Below are positions 1 to 8,476 of a stretch of DNA of 63,564 nt, piece by piece. Numbering within the stretch: position 1 is the first letter of the stretch; each line of letters begins with the position of its first letter. The position numbers and the translations under genes are program-made. Location: assembly GCA_964611805.1 (NCBI GenBank), contig CAZTBG010000001.1, positions 1-63,564 on the forward strand, in the 5' to 3' direction. Source of the DNA: an uncultured Dehalococcoidales bacterium. GTDB lineage: Bacteria > Chloroflexota > Dehalococcoidia > Dehalococcoidales > Fen-1064. Under the pieces are notes generated by a model. The model saw nothing but the letters and a program-made list of their open reading frames with translations, was not told where the DNA came from and made no database searches.

Positions 1-683
1 TATATCTCAGGATAGCTGTCAAAAGTGCTACGCTCAAAGGCGTTGAACAGCATCGAAGGTTCCAGTTTGCCGCCAGCCCTGAGCACTGAAACCAGTCTAT
101 CTGTATACTGACCATTCGTATAGTCGCTCTCCTTCAACCCGGCATAGGCCCGCCCCGTTTTTCCCGACTCGCGGGGAACCGCCGGTACCACCAGAACAAC
201 CCAGCTTTGCGAGAGTGAAGGCAGTGGGGTCACAATCTCTCCCCTGCCTTCTATCAGAGCAGTGCCGCCACGAAGGAAAAAGACCACGTCCGAACCCAGC
301 TCCGCAGCCAGCCCGAGCAGCCTTTCCTGAGGCAGCTTCAACCCCCAGAGCCGGTCCAACCCGAGCAGAACAGCTGCGGCATCGCTGCTATCGCCGCCGA
401 GGCCGGAGAGTAAGGGAATATATTTATCGACCTCAATAACTACGCCGGTCATATAGCCGGTGGCCTCCCTGAGGAGATTAACTGCCTTCGATACCAGGCT
501 CTTCTCGGGGAGCCACCCCGGCATGCTGGACTTGAACCGGGTCCGGCTATTCTCTTGAAAACGAAGGGTATCGCACAGGTCTATTGTCTGAATAACGCTG
601 CGAATTTCATGGTAGCCGTCAGCGCGTTTGCCCAGCACCTCCAATGTCAGGTTCAGCTTAGCAGGCGCCCGAATTGTCAGCAT
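1..683 (-). CDS. ispE: 4-diphosphocytidyl-2-C-methyl-D-erythritol kinase (IspE), C-terminus beyond window edge
   Basis: Minus-strand translation from ATG at 683 gives MLTIRAPAKLNLTLEVLGKRADGYHEI. Further on is the GHMP-kinase motif PLLSGLGGDSSDAAAVLLGL. The frame is open to position 1, which is why it is absent from the ORF track. The start overlaps the rsmA stop. Confidence 0.8.
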   Translation of the reverse strand, partial: MLTIRAPAKLNLTLEVLGKRADGYHEIRSVIQTIDLCDTLRFQENSRTRFKSSMPGWLPEKSLVSKAVNLLREATGYMTGVVIEVDKYIPLLSGLGGDSSDAAAVLLGLDRLWGLKLPQERLLGLAAELGSDVVFFLRGGTALIEGRGEIVTPLPSLSQSWVVLVVPAVPRESGKTGRAYAGLKESDYTNGQYTDRLVSVLRAGGKLEPSMLFNAFERSTFDSYPEI

Positions 684-1564
684 TTTGCTTGCCCGCCTTC
701 GGTAAACACCTCCCATAGTCGCGCCCACTCGTCAAGAGACAGGGTCTCTGCCCGGCGTTGTGGTTGAATACCCGCCTTCTCCAGCAGGGGCAGTATCTCC
801 TCTCGCGACAACCCTAATCCCTGCGCCAGCGAATTCACCAGCTGCTTGCGGGCAGCGCTGAACCCGGCACGCACCAGGTCGAAGAAGCTATTTATATCGC
901 TGACAACCACCCTCGGCTCAGGATAGACATCTATCCTGAGCACCGCCGAATCGACCTCCGGCTCAGGGTAGAACGATGCGGCTGATACATAACCGACTAT
1001 CGTTGCTTCCCCGTAGAACTGCACGCTGACACTGAGCAGACTCATCCGGCCGGGCCGGGCGGTGATGGTCTCGGCGACCTCCTTCTGCATCATGATGACC
1101 ATAGTCTGTGGCCTGACCGTGGCCTCGAGGAAATGTCGCAGCACCGGCGAGGTAATGTAATAGGGCAGATTGGCCACCACCTTATATCGACCCTGTCCAC
1201 CTGATTCCTTAATCAAGACTGCCGGGTCGAAGTTTAGTATATCGCCATTAATAACTGTAACGTTATGCAAAGATACCAGTTCCTCTTGCAGGGCCGCCGC
1301 CAGACGGTCGTCCAGCTCGACAGTAATTACCCGGCCAGCCTGCCCGGCCAGCCCCCTGGTAAGGACACCAAGCCCCGGCCCCACCTCAATAACAATATCG
1401 CTGGCAGTTAATGCGGCGGCTTCCACGACAAGCCCCAGCACCTCACGGTCAATGAGGAAGTGCTGTCCCAGTCCTTTCCTGGCATGGAGACCGTAACGAT
1501 GCAATAGTCGCTTCGCCTCGGCCAGGAGTGGGTCGGTTTCCCCACGATTTCTACCGCGGGGCAT
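677..1564 (-). CDS. rsmA: 16S rRNA (adenine1518/1519-N6)-dimethyltransferase RsmA/KsgA
   Basis: 295-aa ORF with LGQHFL, SAM motif VIEVGPGLGVLT and VVANLPYYITSP. It overlaps its neighbours by 1-7 nt, indicating an operon. Confidence 0.95.
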   Translation of the reverse strand: MPRGRNRGETDPLLAEAKRLLHRYGLHARKGLGQHFLIDREVLGLVVEAAALTASDIVIEVGPGLGVLTRGLAGQAGRVITVELDDRLAAALQEELVSLHNVTVINGDILNFDPAVLIKESGGQGRYKVVANLPYYITSPVLRHFLEATVRPQTMVIMMQKEVAETITARPGRMSLLSVSVQFYGEATIVGYVSAASFYPEPEVDSAVLRIDVYPEPRVVVSDINSFFDLVRAGFSAARKQLVNSLAQGLGLSREEILPLLEKAGIQPQRRAETLSLDEWARLWEVFTEGGQAKC

Positions 1565-2169
1565 TATTTCCCCTCTGCTAACACGATATCTTCATGGTGC
1601 GGGCGGTACCACTCCCGCTTAACTTCCCACTCGGAGCGGAGTATACTCAAAAACCACTGGTCACGCCACTCACCCCGCTTGAAAACATGAGACCTCAACG
1701 TCCCGTCCACGGAAAAGCCATTCTTCTCCAGCACCTTGCGGCTGGCCACATTACTGGTGAACGCGGTCGCGTAAGCCCTGGCAGCATCGAGGTAAACAAA
1801 CGAGAAGTGGCAGACGAGCCGGACAGCTTCGGTCATGTATCCATTATTCCAGTAAGGGACGCCGAGCCAGTAGCCGATGTCTATCTGCTGGGGGTGAAGA
1901 CGAGGGCGGGCTCCAATACCGCCAATAAGTCCGGGTTTAGCCACCTCTTCTATGGCCAGGTTGTAGCTTTCGCCTGTCCTGAGTCGCTCCGCCATGCCCC
2001 GATATACCTCACGCTGCTCTTCAAGAAAAGCCAAACCCTCAGTGACGAGACGGGACAGCACACGGTCGTCCATGAAAAGTCGATAGGCATTCGTGGCATC
2101 ACCCTCCCGAATCGGACGAAGCCTGACTTTATCGCCAACCAGCTCAATGTGGCTAAATCCAGCAGGCAT
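1564..2169 (-). CDS. GNAT family N-acetyltransferase (RimJ/RimL-like)
   Basis: 201-aa ORF with the typical RimJ-type layout (VRLRP, GYWL, NxxSxxVLEKxGF). It is tightly packed between HerA and rsmA. Confidence 0.8.
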   Translation of the reverse strand: MPAGFSHIELVGDKVRLRPIREGDATNAYRLFMDDRVLSRLVTEGLAFLEEQREVYRGMAERLRTGESYNLAIEEVAKPGLIGGIGARPRLHPQQIDIGYWLGVPYWNNGYMTEAVRLVCHFSFVYLDAARAYATAFTSNVASRKVLEKNGFSVDGTLRSHVFKRGEWRDQWFLSILRSEWEVKREWYRPHHEDIVLAEGK

Positions 2170-3792
2170 TCAGTCCCAGAGCTCCTCGATGTCCTTTTTT
2201 GACTGCTGGCCAATCCCTGCTTCACCAACGAAGCTCTTATATGACTCCGCTGAGCCGTACTCCCTCGTCCTGATGGGCACGGGCATGGGTACGGCGTGGC
2301 CGAAGATGAGGGCCTGCTGCTTCGGCGCCAGCCTGGCCAGGACCGATTTCAACTCGCTCTTACCGGAGACACCGGCCAGAACGCTGTCGATATCCTTCTC
2401 GTTATCAAGCAGGCAGGTTATCTTGGTACCAAGCTGCGACATCACCTCTTCGTCGATACCGCTCGGTCTCTGGTCGATGACCAGCAGGCTAACGTTATAC
2501 TTGCGCATCTCGCGGGCAATCGTCCCGAAGATAGCCCGACTAGCCACCTCGGGATTGAGAAACTTATGGGCCTCCTCGATAGTTATCACCAGCGGGTTGG
2601 GCGGGGCGATATCCTCGCTCATCGAGCGCTCCATCCGCTCCTGATAGCGGGCATAGATGCGCCGGGCGAGCATATTGGCCACCAGTACATAGGCAGTGAT
2701 ATCCCGGTATCGACCGAACTCAAGGACGACATTCATGCCCTTATCGAGATAGCTCAGCAACGTATTCACGGCATCGACCGGCGCGTGCGGCTCAATGAAA
2801 GACAACCGGCTGATAGTCTGCAACCCTCGCCGCAGACTCTGGAAGGTGCTCTCGTGGATATTCATCTCTTTGAGCAATTCCTGCGTGTCCTCCGACTCCC
2901 CTACATCCAGTGTACGCTGAATCCACTGCCTGCCGAAGCGACGGCGCAGCTGGTATGAGGCCTCTACGGCCAGGTCGGTGATATTCAGTGTCTGGCGGAG
3001 CAGCACCATATCCTCCGGCTCGATTTCGTCATAGCCAATCTTCACCACGAAGTCGGTACTGACCCCACGGCGGCGTGAGTTCTCCTCGTCGAGGGTAAAG
3101 ACCGCCACCTTCTCGGGGAATAGCTGCTTTAATGCCTTAACCTTGCGCCCATCCGTTTCGCTCGTACCCATCCAGCCGTACTCGTTATGCATATCAAAAA
3201 TGAGGTTAACCGACTTACTTTTTTGAAGCATGCCGATAAGCAGAATCCGGGTAAGAAAAGTCTTGCCCGTGCCGCTCTTGCCAAAAATACCGTTGGAGCG
3301 CTTGACGAACTCCGGCAGGTCTAAGCAGAGCTTGGTCTCCATGTCCAGGGGGTTCCCGATAAAGAAGCGGTTCGCGTCTTCCTCACCGAAAACGAGGTTC
3401 ATGTCATCGTCCGAGGCCAGGCTGACCATGGAAAAGTGACTGGGGACGGTCTTTACCGGCTGTGGCCCCTCAATCAGACTGGTAACATCACCACCAATGG
3501 TCAGCATCGGCAGGACATGGATGGTGCCATAGGTGGCCGTGCCGTTGAGCACCTCAGAGAGGAAGGGGTCGGCGGTATCCGGGGGGTTGACAGTGAGCTG
3601 CGGGTCGGTGACCCCCAGGCTGATGTCGGTAATCATGCCGAAAAAGCGCCGCTGCCGGCCCTCAATGGTAACGTAGCGCCCGACTACCATGTCCTCGACC
3701 GAGGCTGAGCTGTCCAGTCTGACCTCGACCCCTTTATCCACGGAGCCGGAGACAACAATACCGAGCGGCTGTCTGGCGTTTTCACCAATCAT
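2170..3792 (-). CDS. HerA-like (FtsK-HerA superfamily, DUF87) hexameric ATPase
   Basis: 540 aa. N-terminal barrel-like segment LGIVVSGS..VGRYVTIEG..FFGMITDI, Walker A GIFGKSGTGKTF, Walker B/HerA signature VITIEEAHKF, and LLVIDQRPSGIDEEVMSQ. Confidence 0.85.
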   Translation of the reverse strand: MIGENARQPLGIVVSGSVDKGVEVRLDSSASVEDMVVGRYVTIEGRQRRFFGMITDISLGVTDPQLTVNPPDTADPFLSEVLNGTATYGTIHVLPMLTIGGDVTSLIEGPQPVKTVPSHFSMVSLASDDDMNLVFGEEDANRFFIGNPLDMETKLCLDLPEFVKRSNGIFGKSGTGKTFLTRILLIGMLQKSKSVNLIFDMHNEYGWMGTSETDGRKVKALKQLFPEKVAVFTLDEENSRRRGVSTDFVVKIGYDEIEPEDMVLLRQTLNITDLAVEASYQLRRRFGRQWIQRTLDVGESEDTQELLKEMNIHESTFQSLRRGLQTISRLSFIEPHAPVDAVNTLLSYLDKGMNVVLEFGRYRDITAYVLVANMLARRIYARYQERMERSMSEDIAPPNPLVITIEEAHKFLNPEVASRAIFGTIAREMRKYNVSLLVIDQRPSGIDEEVMSQLGTKITCLLDNEKDIDSVLAGVSGKSELKSVLARLAPKQQALIFGHAVPMPVPIRTREYGSAESYKSFVGEAGIGQQSKKDIEELWD

Positions 3793-4400
3793 AACCTGAG
3801 CCTCCCCAGAATAGCCCTGAGCTTGCTGAACTCGCTGCTGAGGAGCACCGCCAGTTCGCGACCGGCCGCCTTCAGAAAGGCCTGTCTGTCCTCGTGCGCC
3901 TGGCTCATCTGGCGCAGGGTAGCGGCGACAAGCTCCTCCACCGAGACAGGTAGCGAGGTATTGAGCAGAAGGTTAAGGAAATCGAAGGACCGGCTGAATT
4001 CTCTTACCCGCTCCGAAGGACATAGGTAAACAAAACTGTGGATTCGGGGCGGTTTTGGCGGTAGATACTGATAGATAGTCTCACCGTTACTATGCCCGAC
4101 CACCAGGGTGCTGAACTCGCTGCGCAGTAGCTTTTCAAGCTGCGGGCTTGATTTATATATTTCCTCTTCGGAAGCCTCGTCCTTGCCGCGTGCAATGGGA
4201 CGCCGTCCCGGCTCAACGCTGGCGGTGGTGGCGTGGTAGACGATGCCAAACGTCTCCAGAGACGTATCTCCGACGCTCACCAGACCGCCCAGCGGCGGCA
4301 ACTCGTAGAGCTGGTAGCACTCAGCGACGAAGTGGGTGGTGCTGGCCTCGATTACCTCGCCGACCCTGTCTGATAAATCAGGCATTTTTAAAAACCCCAT
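3789..4400 (-). CDS. hypothetical protein with HAS-barrel-like N-terminus, translationally coupled to HerA
   Basis: 203-aa ORF whose stop overlaps the HerA ATG (ATGA). Its N-terminus VGEVIEASTTHFVAECYQ..LGGLVSVGD..TFGIVYHATTAS resembles the N-terminal barrel pattern of the adjacent HerA. No ATPase motifs. Confidence 0.6.
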   Translation of the reverse strand: MGFLKMPDLSDRVGEVIEASTTHFVAECYQLYELPPLGGLVSVGDTSLETFGIVYHATTASVEPGRRPIARGKDEASEEEIYKSSPQLEKLLRSEFSTLVVGHSNGETIYQYLPPKPPRIHSFVYLCPSERVREFSRSFDFLNLLLNTSLPVSVEELVAATLRQMSQAHEDRQAFLKAAGRELAVLLSSEFSKLRAILGRLRL

Positions 4401-4485
4401 CCCCCTGTGTCCCCCTTCCCCTTAAAAAGGGGAAGGGGGAATAATTTTCCTAAGAGGGGCTTCGCCCCTCTTTAACTCCCCTATT
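4395..4485. repeat. family-1 double-hairpin repeat (GGGGAAGGGG hairpin + AGAGGGGC-N4-GCCCCTCT hairpin)
   Basis: Reads ccccttcccc-ttaaaaa-ggggaagggg followed by aagaggggc-ttcg-cccctctt, then aactcccctatt. The same architecture recurs at 4692, 7741, 24091, 36269 and 43901. Confidence 0.8.
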
Positions 4486-4603
4486 TCTTTTTGCCCTTTT
4501 CGGCCTTTTTGTCCTTCTGCTTGGGTTTTTTGATGTTTTTACGTCCCTTGGTACCCATTTTCAGCTCCTTCCAGCCACAGTTTGTATCCCGGCGACCCTA
4601 TCC

Positions 4604-4669
4604 CCTGCCCGCCGTCCCTCCGGCCTGCTCGCCGTACGACTTCGGCAGGCGAGGACTATGGCAGGCGGG
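4604..4669. repeat. family-2 GC-rich palindrome (CCTGCCCGCCGTCC...ACTATGGCAGGCGGG)
   Basis: cctgcccgcc...ggcaggcggg inverted repeat with an inner hairpin cctgctcgcc/ggcaggcgagg. The same core occurs at 27.2, 37.3 and 54.4 kb. Confidence 0.7.
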
Positions 4670-4691
4670 CCTTTATCCCCTTCAGGAAGAA

Positions 4692-4773
4692 CCCCTCAGG
4701 GTGAACCCTTCCCCTGAGAGGGGAAGGGGAGCTTTATGTAAGAGGGACTCCGCCCTTCTTCGACTCCCCTATT
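4692..4773. repeat. family-1 double-hairpin repeat
   Basis: cccttcccc-tgaga-ggggaagggg followed by aagagggac-tcc-gcccttctt, then cgactcccctatt. It is a degenerate copy of the 4395 element. Confidence 0.75.
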
Positions 4774-4838
4774 TGTATGCCGCATAAAGCGGATACACAC
4801 TAATTATTTCCTACACGTGCGCACAGAAAAAAGAGACT

Positions 4839-5138
4839 TCAGCGGTCTGTACGTTCTTTATTTATCTCTTCCTTCAATCTATAGCACTCTTCTAAGTCGA
4901 CATTAAACGCATTTGCCAATGCTATCACATAATACAAAACATCATAAAGCTCTTCTTCAATCGTACCTTTGATAGTCTTATTGCGGTCACCTCGGTATCT
5001 TTGATTATTCCTTACAACTTCGGCGAGCTCTCCTACTTCCTCTACCAGCTTCATAAAGTAGCCCTCTTTTAACTCGGGTTTAAAGTCCTTATCTTTGATG
5101 TATTGTTGCAGGTATTTAATCGTTATGTTATGTCTCAT
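4839..5138 (-). CDS. MazG-like nucleotide pyrophosphohydrolase
   Basis: EEVGELAEVV and EELYDVLYYVIALANAFNVDLEE are typical MazG helices. I prefer the start MRHNITIKYL (5138) over the ORF-track start 5207, which overlaps the upstream gene by 50 nt. The gene is visibly AT-richer than its flanks. Confidence 0.75.
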   Translation of the reverse strand: MRHNITIKYLQQYIKDKDFKPELKEGYFMKLVEEVGELAEVVRNNQRYRGDRNKTIKGTIEEELYDVLYYVIALANAFNVDLEECYRLKEEINKERTDR

Positions 5139-5157
5139 AGCCACCGTCTTTACTTTA

Positions 5158-5637
5158 CTATAGATATCCCTCCATAGTGTTGTAGGCTGCCCGGAGCCGG
5201 TCACCAAGCAGGCAGGCCAGCTTGTCCATCACCCTGAACCCGATTACCGGCTCTTTCTCTAGCGCCGCTCTGAGCCTGGCCCCCTCGATGATAATCAGTT
5301 CACTGGGCTGCCGGCAGACAGCCGAGGCCGTAGCGTATCTTGGCCCGTAGAGCAGTGCCGACCAGCCCATAGCCCTACCCCTACTTAAAAGCCCCAGGGG
5401 CCGGGTGGCTGTCTTGTCACCGAGATTAACCGTCCGCTGCAGGACCACCTGACCGCTAACAATAACATAAAGATTAGAGCTCAATTCCCCCTGGTCAAAA
5501 ACATGGTCGCCGGCCTGATATGATTCCATCTGGCAGCTATCCCCGAGCAGGCCGGTAATTACCTGCACCTCACTCTCATCCAGCGAGTCGAACAGCTCGC
5601 ACGTCCTCAGGTCCTTACAAATATTGCTAGCCGCCAT
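5158..5637 (-). CDS. stand-alone cyclic-nucleotide-binding (CAP effector) domain protein
   Basis: 159 aa. LFDSLDESEV..FDQGELSSNLYVIVSGQVVL..GRAMGWSALL matches the cNMP-binding beta-barrel pattern. No output domain. Confidence 0.8.
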   Translation of the reverse strand: MAASNICKDLRTCELFDSLDESEVQVITGLLGDSCQMESYQAGDHVFDQGELSSNLYVIVSGQVVLQRTVNLGDKTATRPLGLLSRGRAMGWSALLYGPRYATASAVCRQPSELIIIEGARLRAALEKEPVIGFRVMDKLACLLGDRLRAAYNTMEGYL

Positions 5638-5832
5638 GTTCCTCTCCTTCCTCCGAAGGCGATGTCTTACGGTTGTCTCGGTATTCTACAACTGCAATTC
5701 CACCTGGTCAATGTAATGAAACAAGTCATACTAGCTCTATCACCTACCAACTCTGTACATTTCACATGTTAAATTATGCACCCCGCCACCCCTCGTGTTT
5801 TCCATTCGGTAATCCTGTCCCCTCTTTTCCCC

Positions 5833-6387
5833 CTAGTCTTTAAGAATAATATCTATCTCACCTCTATTTTCAGTCTCTTCTTCAATATCTCTTTTATAAG
5901 TGTATATGAGTTCAAACCTTGTTGGGTCCCCACTCTCAGGGACTTCAAAAACCCAAAATGCCGTTGCGCCCTCCGTTATCTCGCTGGGACTCGTTATGTC
6001 GTGCGGGTCAGTGAATGTAATTCCCTTAAGGTTGGCAGCGATAGACTTATATGTCTGACCTGTGGTGTTCAATAAAGCCGTTTCCTCCTCGCCATAACCG
6101 AACGCATCAATCATGTGTACATTCTCAATACGGGTGACAGTCAGATAAATGCAGAAGAAATCATGCCCCGTAGCAGGTGCAGGCGGCTGGTAATGCGTTG
6201 TGGTCGAAAGGTCTTCGACTATGTCGGCAGGCATAACGCTGGCTCTCTCTATTTTGTCGATAACAATCGTGACGTTAGTGTCAGATGCTTCAATATTCTC
6301 CGAACCCGATTCGGAGCCGGATACTCCACCACAAGCACCGAGTAAGCTAACGCCAATTACTAGCATTGTTACTAATAGTCTTATCAT
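5833..6387 (-). CDS. lipoprotein (DUF4352-like beta-sandwich, tentative)
   Basis: Signal peptide plus lipobox MIRLLVTMLVIGVSLLGAC. The gene is AT-rich. The fold assignment is only a guess. Confidence 0.65.
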   Translation of the reverse strand: MIRLLVTMLVIGVSLLGACGGVSGSESGSENIEASDTNVTIVIDKIERASVMPADIVEDLSTTTHYQPPAPATGHDFFCIYLTVTRIENVHMIDAFGYGEEETALLNTTGQTYKSIAANLKGITFTDPHDITSPSEITEGATAFWVFEVPESGDPTRFELIYTYKRDIEEETENRGEIDIILKD

Positions 6388-6444
6388 TCTAACCTCTCTT
6401 TTCTACCCCGTGTGATGGGGACACAGGGGGTGAGATTACCGATA

Positions 6445-7635
6445 CTAGACCCACCTCGTCCGCTTGCTACGGCTCTTGGCCGAGCCCATAACGGGCAGGT
6501 GCTCCTCCACCAGGGATGCCTCTACCAGTCGCCAGAAGTTCTCGGCATCCGCCCCGGTTACGACCGCCTTCTCGTGGGCTTCGCTCAGGGCTACCGGATA
6601 GCCATGCCCCCGCCGACACTGGTCAAGGACAAGGGCATGGGTAAGGTTGAGCAGGTCTTCGTCGGCAGCCACCCACTGCGGTATCTCAATCCTGGCGACC
6701 TCGTCGTCTACCCTTAGATAAAAGAAGTGAACCAGGTGGACTCCATAACGCCGCTGGATATTGGAGGAACTGACAAAAAGTGCCGACCGTTCGCCGGGCT
6801 CGAGCAGACTGGCAAACAGCTCGCGGTCACGCACACCGGCCAGGGCATCACATTCTCGCGTCTCACACGCCGGACAGCGGTCGCTATCAACTACCTCCCG
6901 GGGACAAACAGCCACACGCAGCGCATTAACGACATCGGTGCTGCGAGGAAAGCTGATGTAACCGGCGAGAGCGAGCTTCCTCTCCTGACTCAGTTTCCTC
7001 AATTCTTCGAGGTATGGCAGGAAGCTTCTATCAAGCAGCTCTTCGGCAACGAAGTCGGCGTAGGCCTCCAGGTTCCAGAGAATCAGCGAGCCATCGAGCA
7101 GCGCCAGTGCCGGGCTATCTGCTGTCAATGCTGACGCCAGTTCCACCAGGTGCCGGCACTCGGCGACGCCACGCTTGAGACCCAGTAGAGCACCCTCTAT
7201 CGGTTGCTCACGGCCCCGCTGTCCCGGCTCTGCAATCACCAGGTCTTCATCCCCAGCGTAGAGACGGGGCAGGCTGTCGAGAATAGCCCCGGGGTTGGTT
7301 CCGTAGTGAAGAGTAACCGAGCCGATGTTTATCAGGTAGCAGCGCGTCGAGCGATGCCGGTCGACGTCAATATGAGAGCCATCACTGGCAATGACGGTGA
7401 AATCTGCCGGAACCGGTGGTGCCGGATAACATTGGGCAAGGCCATCCACCAGGCCGGCCACCAGCCAGGTCGTCCGGCTGGCATCAATTTTCCTCCGAAG
7501 CCGCTCTATGTCGTCCTGACGGTTGAGCACTGCCAGGGCATACTCAAGGTGTTCCTGTCTTTCCCGGCTGTCGGCCCTCAGTCTGGCCACCATAGCCGCC
7601 ACCTGCGAAACAATCTTGCTCAAGTCCAGGGCCAT
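6445..7635 (-). CDS. NurA-domain 5'-3' nuclease
   Basis: VIASDGSHIDVDRH, LALLDGSLILWNLE and C-terminal GHGYPVALSEAHEKAVV are the NurA signature blocks. I chose the start MALDLSK at 7635, which is preceded by GGGGAGAG. The ORF track extends to 7686. Confidence 0.8.
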   Translation of the reverse strand: MALDLSKIVSQVAAMVARLRADSRERQEHLEYALAVLNRQDDIERLRRKIDASRTTWLVAGLVDGLAQCYPAPPVPADFTVIASDGSHIDVDRHRSTRCYLINIGSVTLHYGTNPGAILDSLPRLYAGDEDLVIAEPGQRGREQPIEGALLGLKRGVAECRHLVELASALTADSPALALLDGSLILWNLEAYADFVAEELLDRSFLPYLEELRKLSQERKLALAGYISFPRSTDVVNALRVAVCPREVVDSDRCPACETRECDALAGVRDRELFASLLEPGERSALFVSSSNIQRRYGVHLVHFFYLRVDDEVARIEIPQWVAADEDLLNLTHALVLDQCRRGHGYPVALSEAHEKAVVTGADAENFWRLVEASLVEEHLPVMGSAKSRSKRTRWV

Positions 7636-7740
7636 ACTTCTCTCCCCACACCAGACTCCCTTACCCTGAAAGTATAGTGAATCCACGGAAGCAACTCAAG
7701 CTACTCTATCTCTTCCTCACCACCCAGTTTGATGGTGTTG

Positions 7741-7824
7741 GCCCCATCCCCTGTATCCCCTTCCCCGGTGGGGAAGGGGAATTTTATAAAAAAGAGGGGC
7801 TGCGCCCCTCTTAAACGCTCCCTT
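7741..7824. repeat. family-1 double-hairpin repeat
   Basis: gccccatcccctgtatccccttcccc-ggtg-gggaagggg followed by aagaggggc-tgcg-cccctctt. It is near-identical in layout to 4395 and 36269. Confidence 0.8.
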
Positions 7825-7863
7825 CAGCAGGTATGCTACAATCTTCAATGAGGTAGCACCAAA

Positions 7864-8475
7864 ATGATACCAGTTCTGTTAGGTGTCGCTGCAATCTCTC
7901 TAACCGGTGTGATGATGCCGGGGCCGATGTTTGCCGTTACCGTAGCCAAGAGCTACCGCAGCCCCTGGGCAGGAACCCAGATGGCCCTCGGGCACGCCGT
8001 GATAGAAGTGCCGCTGATACTGCTGATATATTTCGGCTTTGCCCGGTTCTTTGAGAACGTTACCCTGCAGCTGGTATTGAGCCTGCTGGGCGGCGGTATC
8101 ATTATCTGGCTAGGTTTCAGCATGTTTCGCGCCCGTGCTGAGGTAGTCCACGGAGAGAAAGACCTCTCTTACAACGCCACCACCGCCGGTATTATAACCA
8201 GCGGGCTCAACCCCTTTTTCCTGCTCTGGTGGGCAACCGTCGGCTTTGCACTTATTGAGCGGATTGATGACTATGGCGCCGCCGGGCTGACCGCCTTCGT
8301 CCTCGTCCACTGGTCATGTGACCTGGTCTGGCTATCGCTGATATCTGTAGTGATATACAAAACGCAGGCACTCTGGGATAAACGCCTCCAGGAAGGGTTG
8401 TTTATCATTTGCAGCCTGATTCTGGCGGGGTTCGGGGTGTGGTTCATTGTCTCCGGCGTCCAGCAGGCAGTTTAG
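7864..8475 (+). CDS. LysE/RhtB family amino-acid exporter
   Basis: 203 aa with six hydrophobic segments. N-terminal GPMFAVTV and overall LysE-type organisation. Confidence 0.75.
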   Translation: MIPVLLGVAAISLTGVMMPGPMFAVTVAKSYRSPWAGTQMALGHAVIEVPLILLIYFGFARFFENVTLQLVLSLLGGGIIIWLGFSMFRARAEVVHGEKDLSYNATTAGIITSGLNPFFLLWWATVGFALIERIDDYGAAGLTAFVLVHWSCDLVWLSLISVVIYKTQALWDKRLQEGLFIICSLILAGFGVWFIVSGVQQAV

Positions 8476-8476
8476 G

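Noticed and set aside
1594-2958. Long plus-strand ORFs (1594-2202, 2093-2644, 2296-2958). Similar antisense ORFs occur elsewhere, for example 12039-12671, 24994-25551, 27641-28180, 31695-32201, 38741-39406, 55264-55743 and 56599-57138.
   Set aside because: These are shadow ORFs opposite genes with strong family motifs. Their composition is Arg/Pro/Ser/Gly-rich, and they have no RBS and no recognisable domains.
4395-4440. G-quadruplex or i-motif formation by the GGGG/CCCC runs of family-1 repeats.
   Set aside because: The runs are arranged as perfect inverted repeats that favour simple hairpins. Four same-strand G-runs with short loops are not consistently present across copies.
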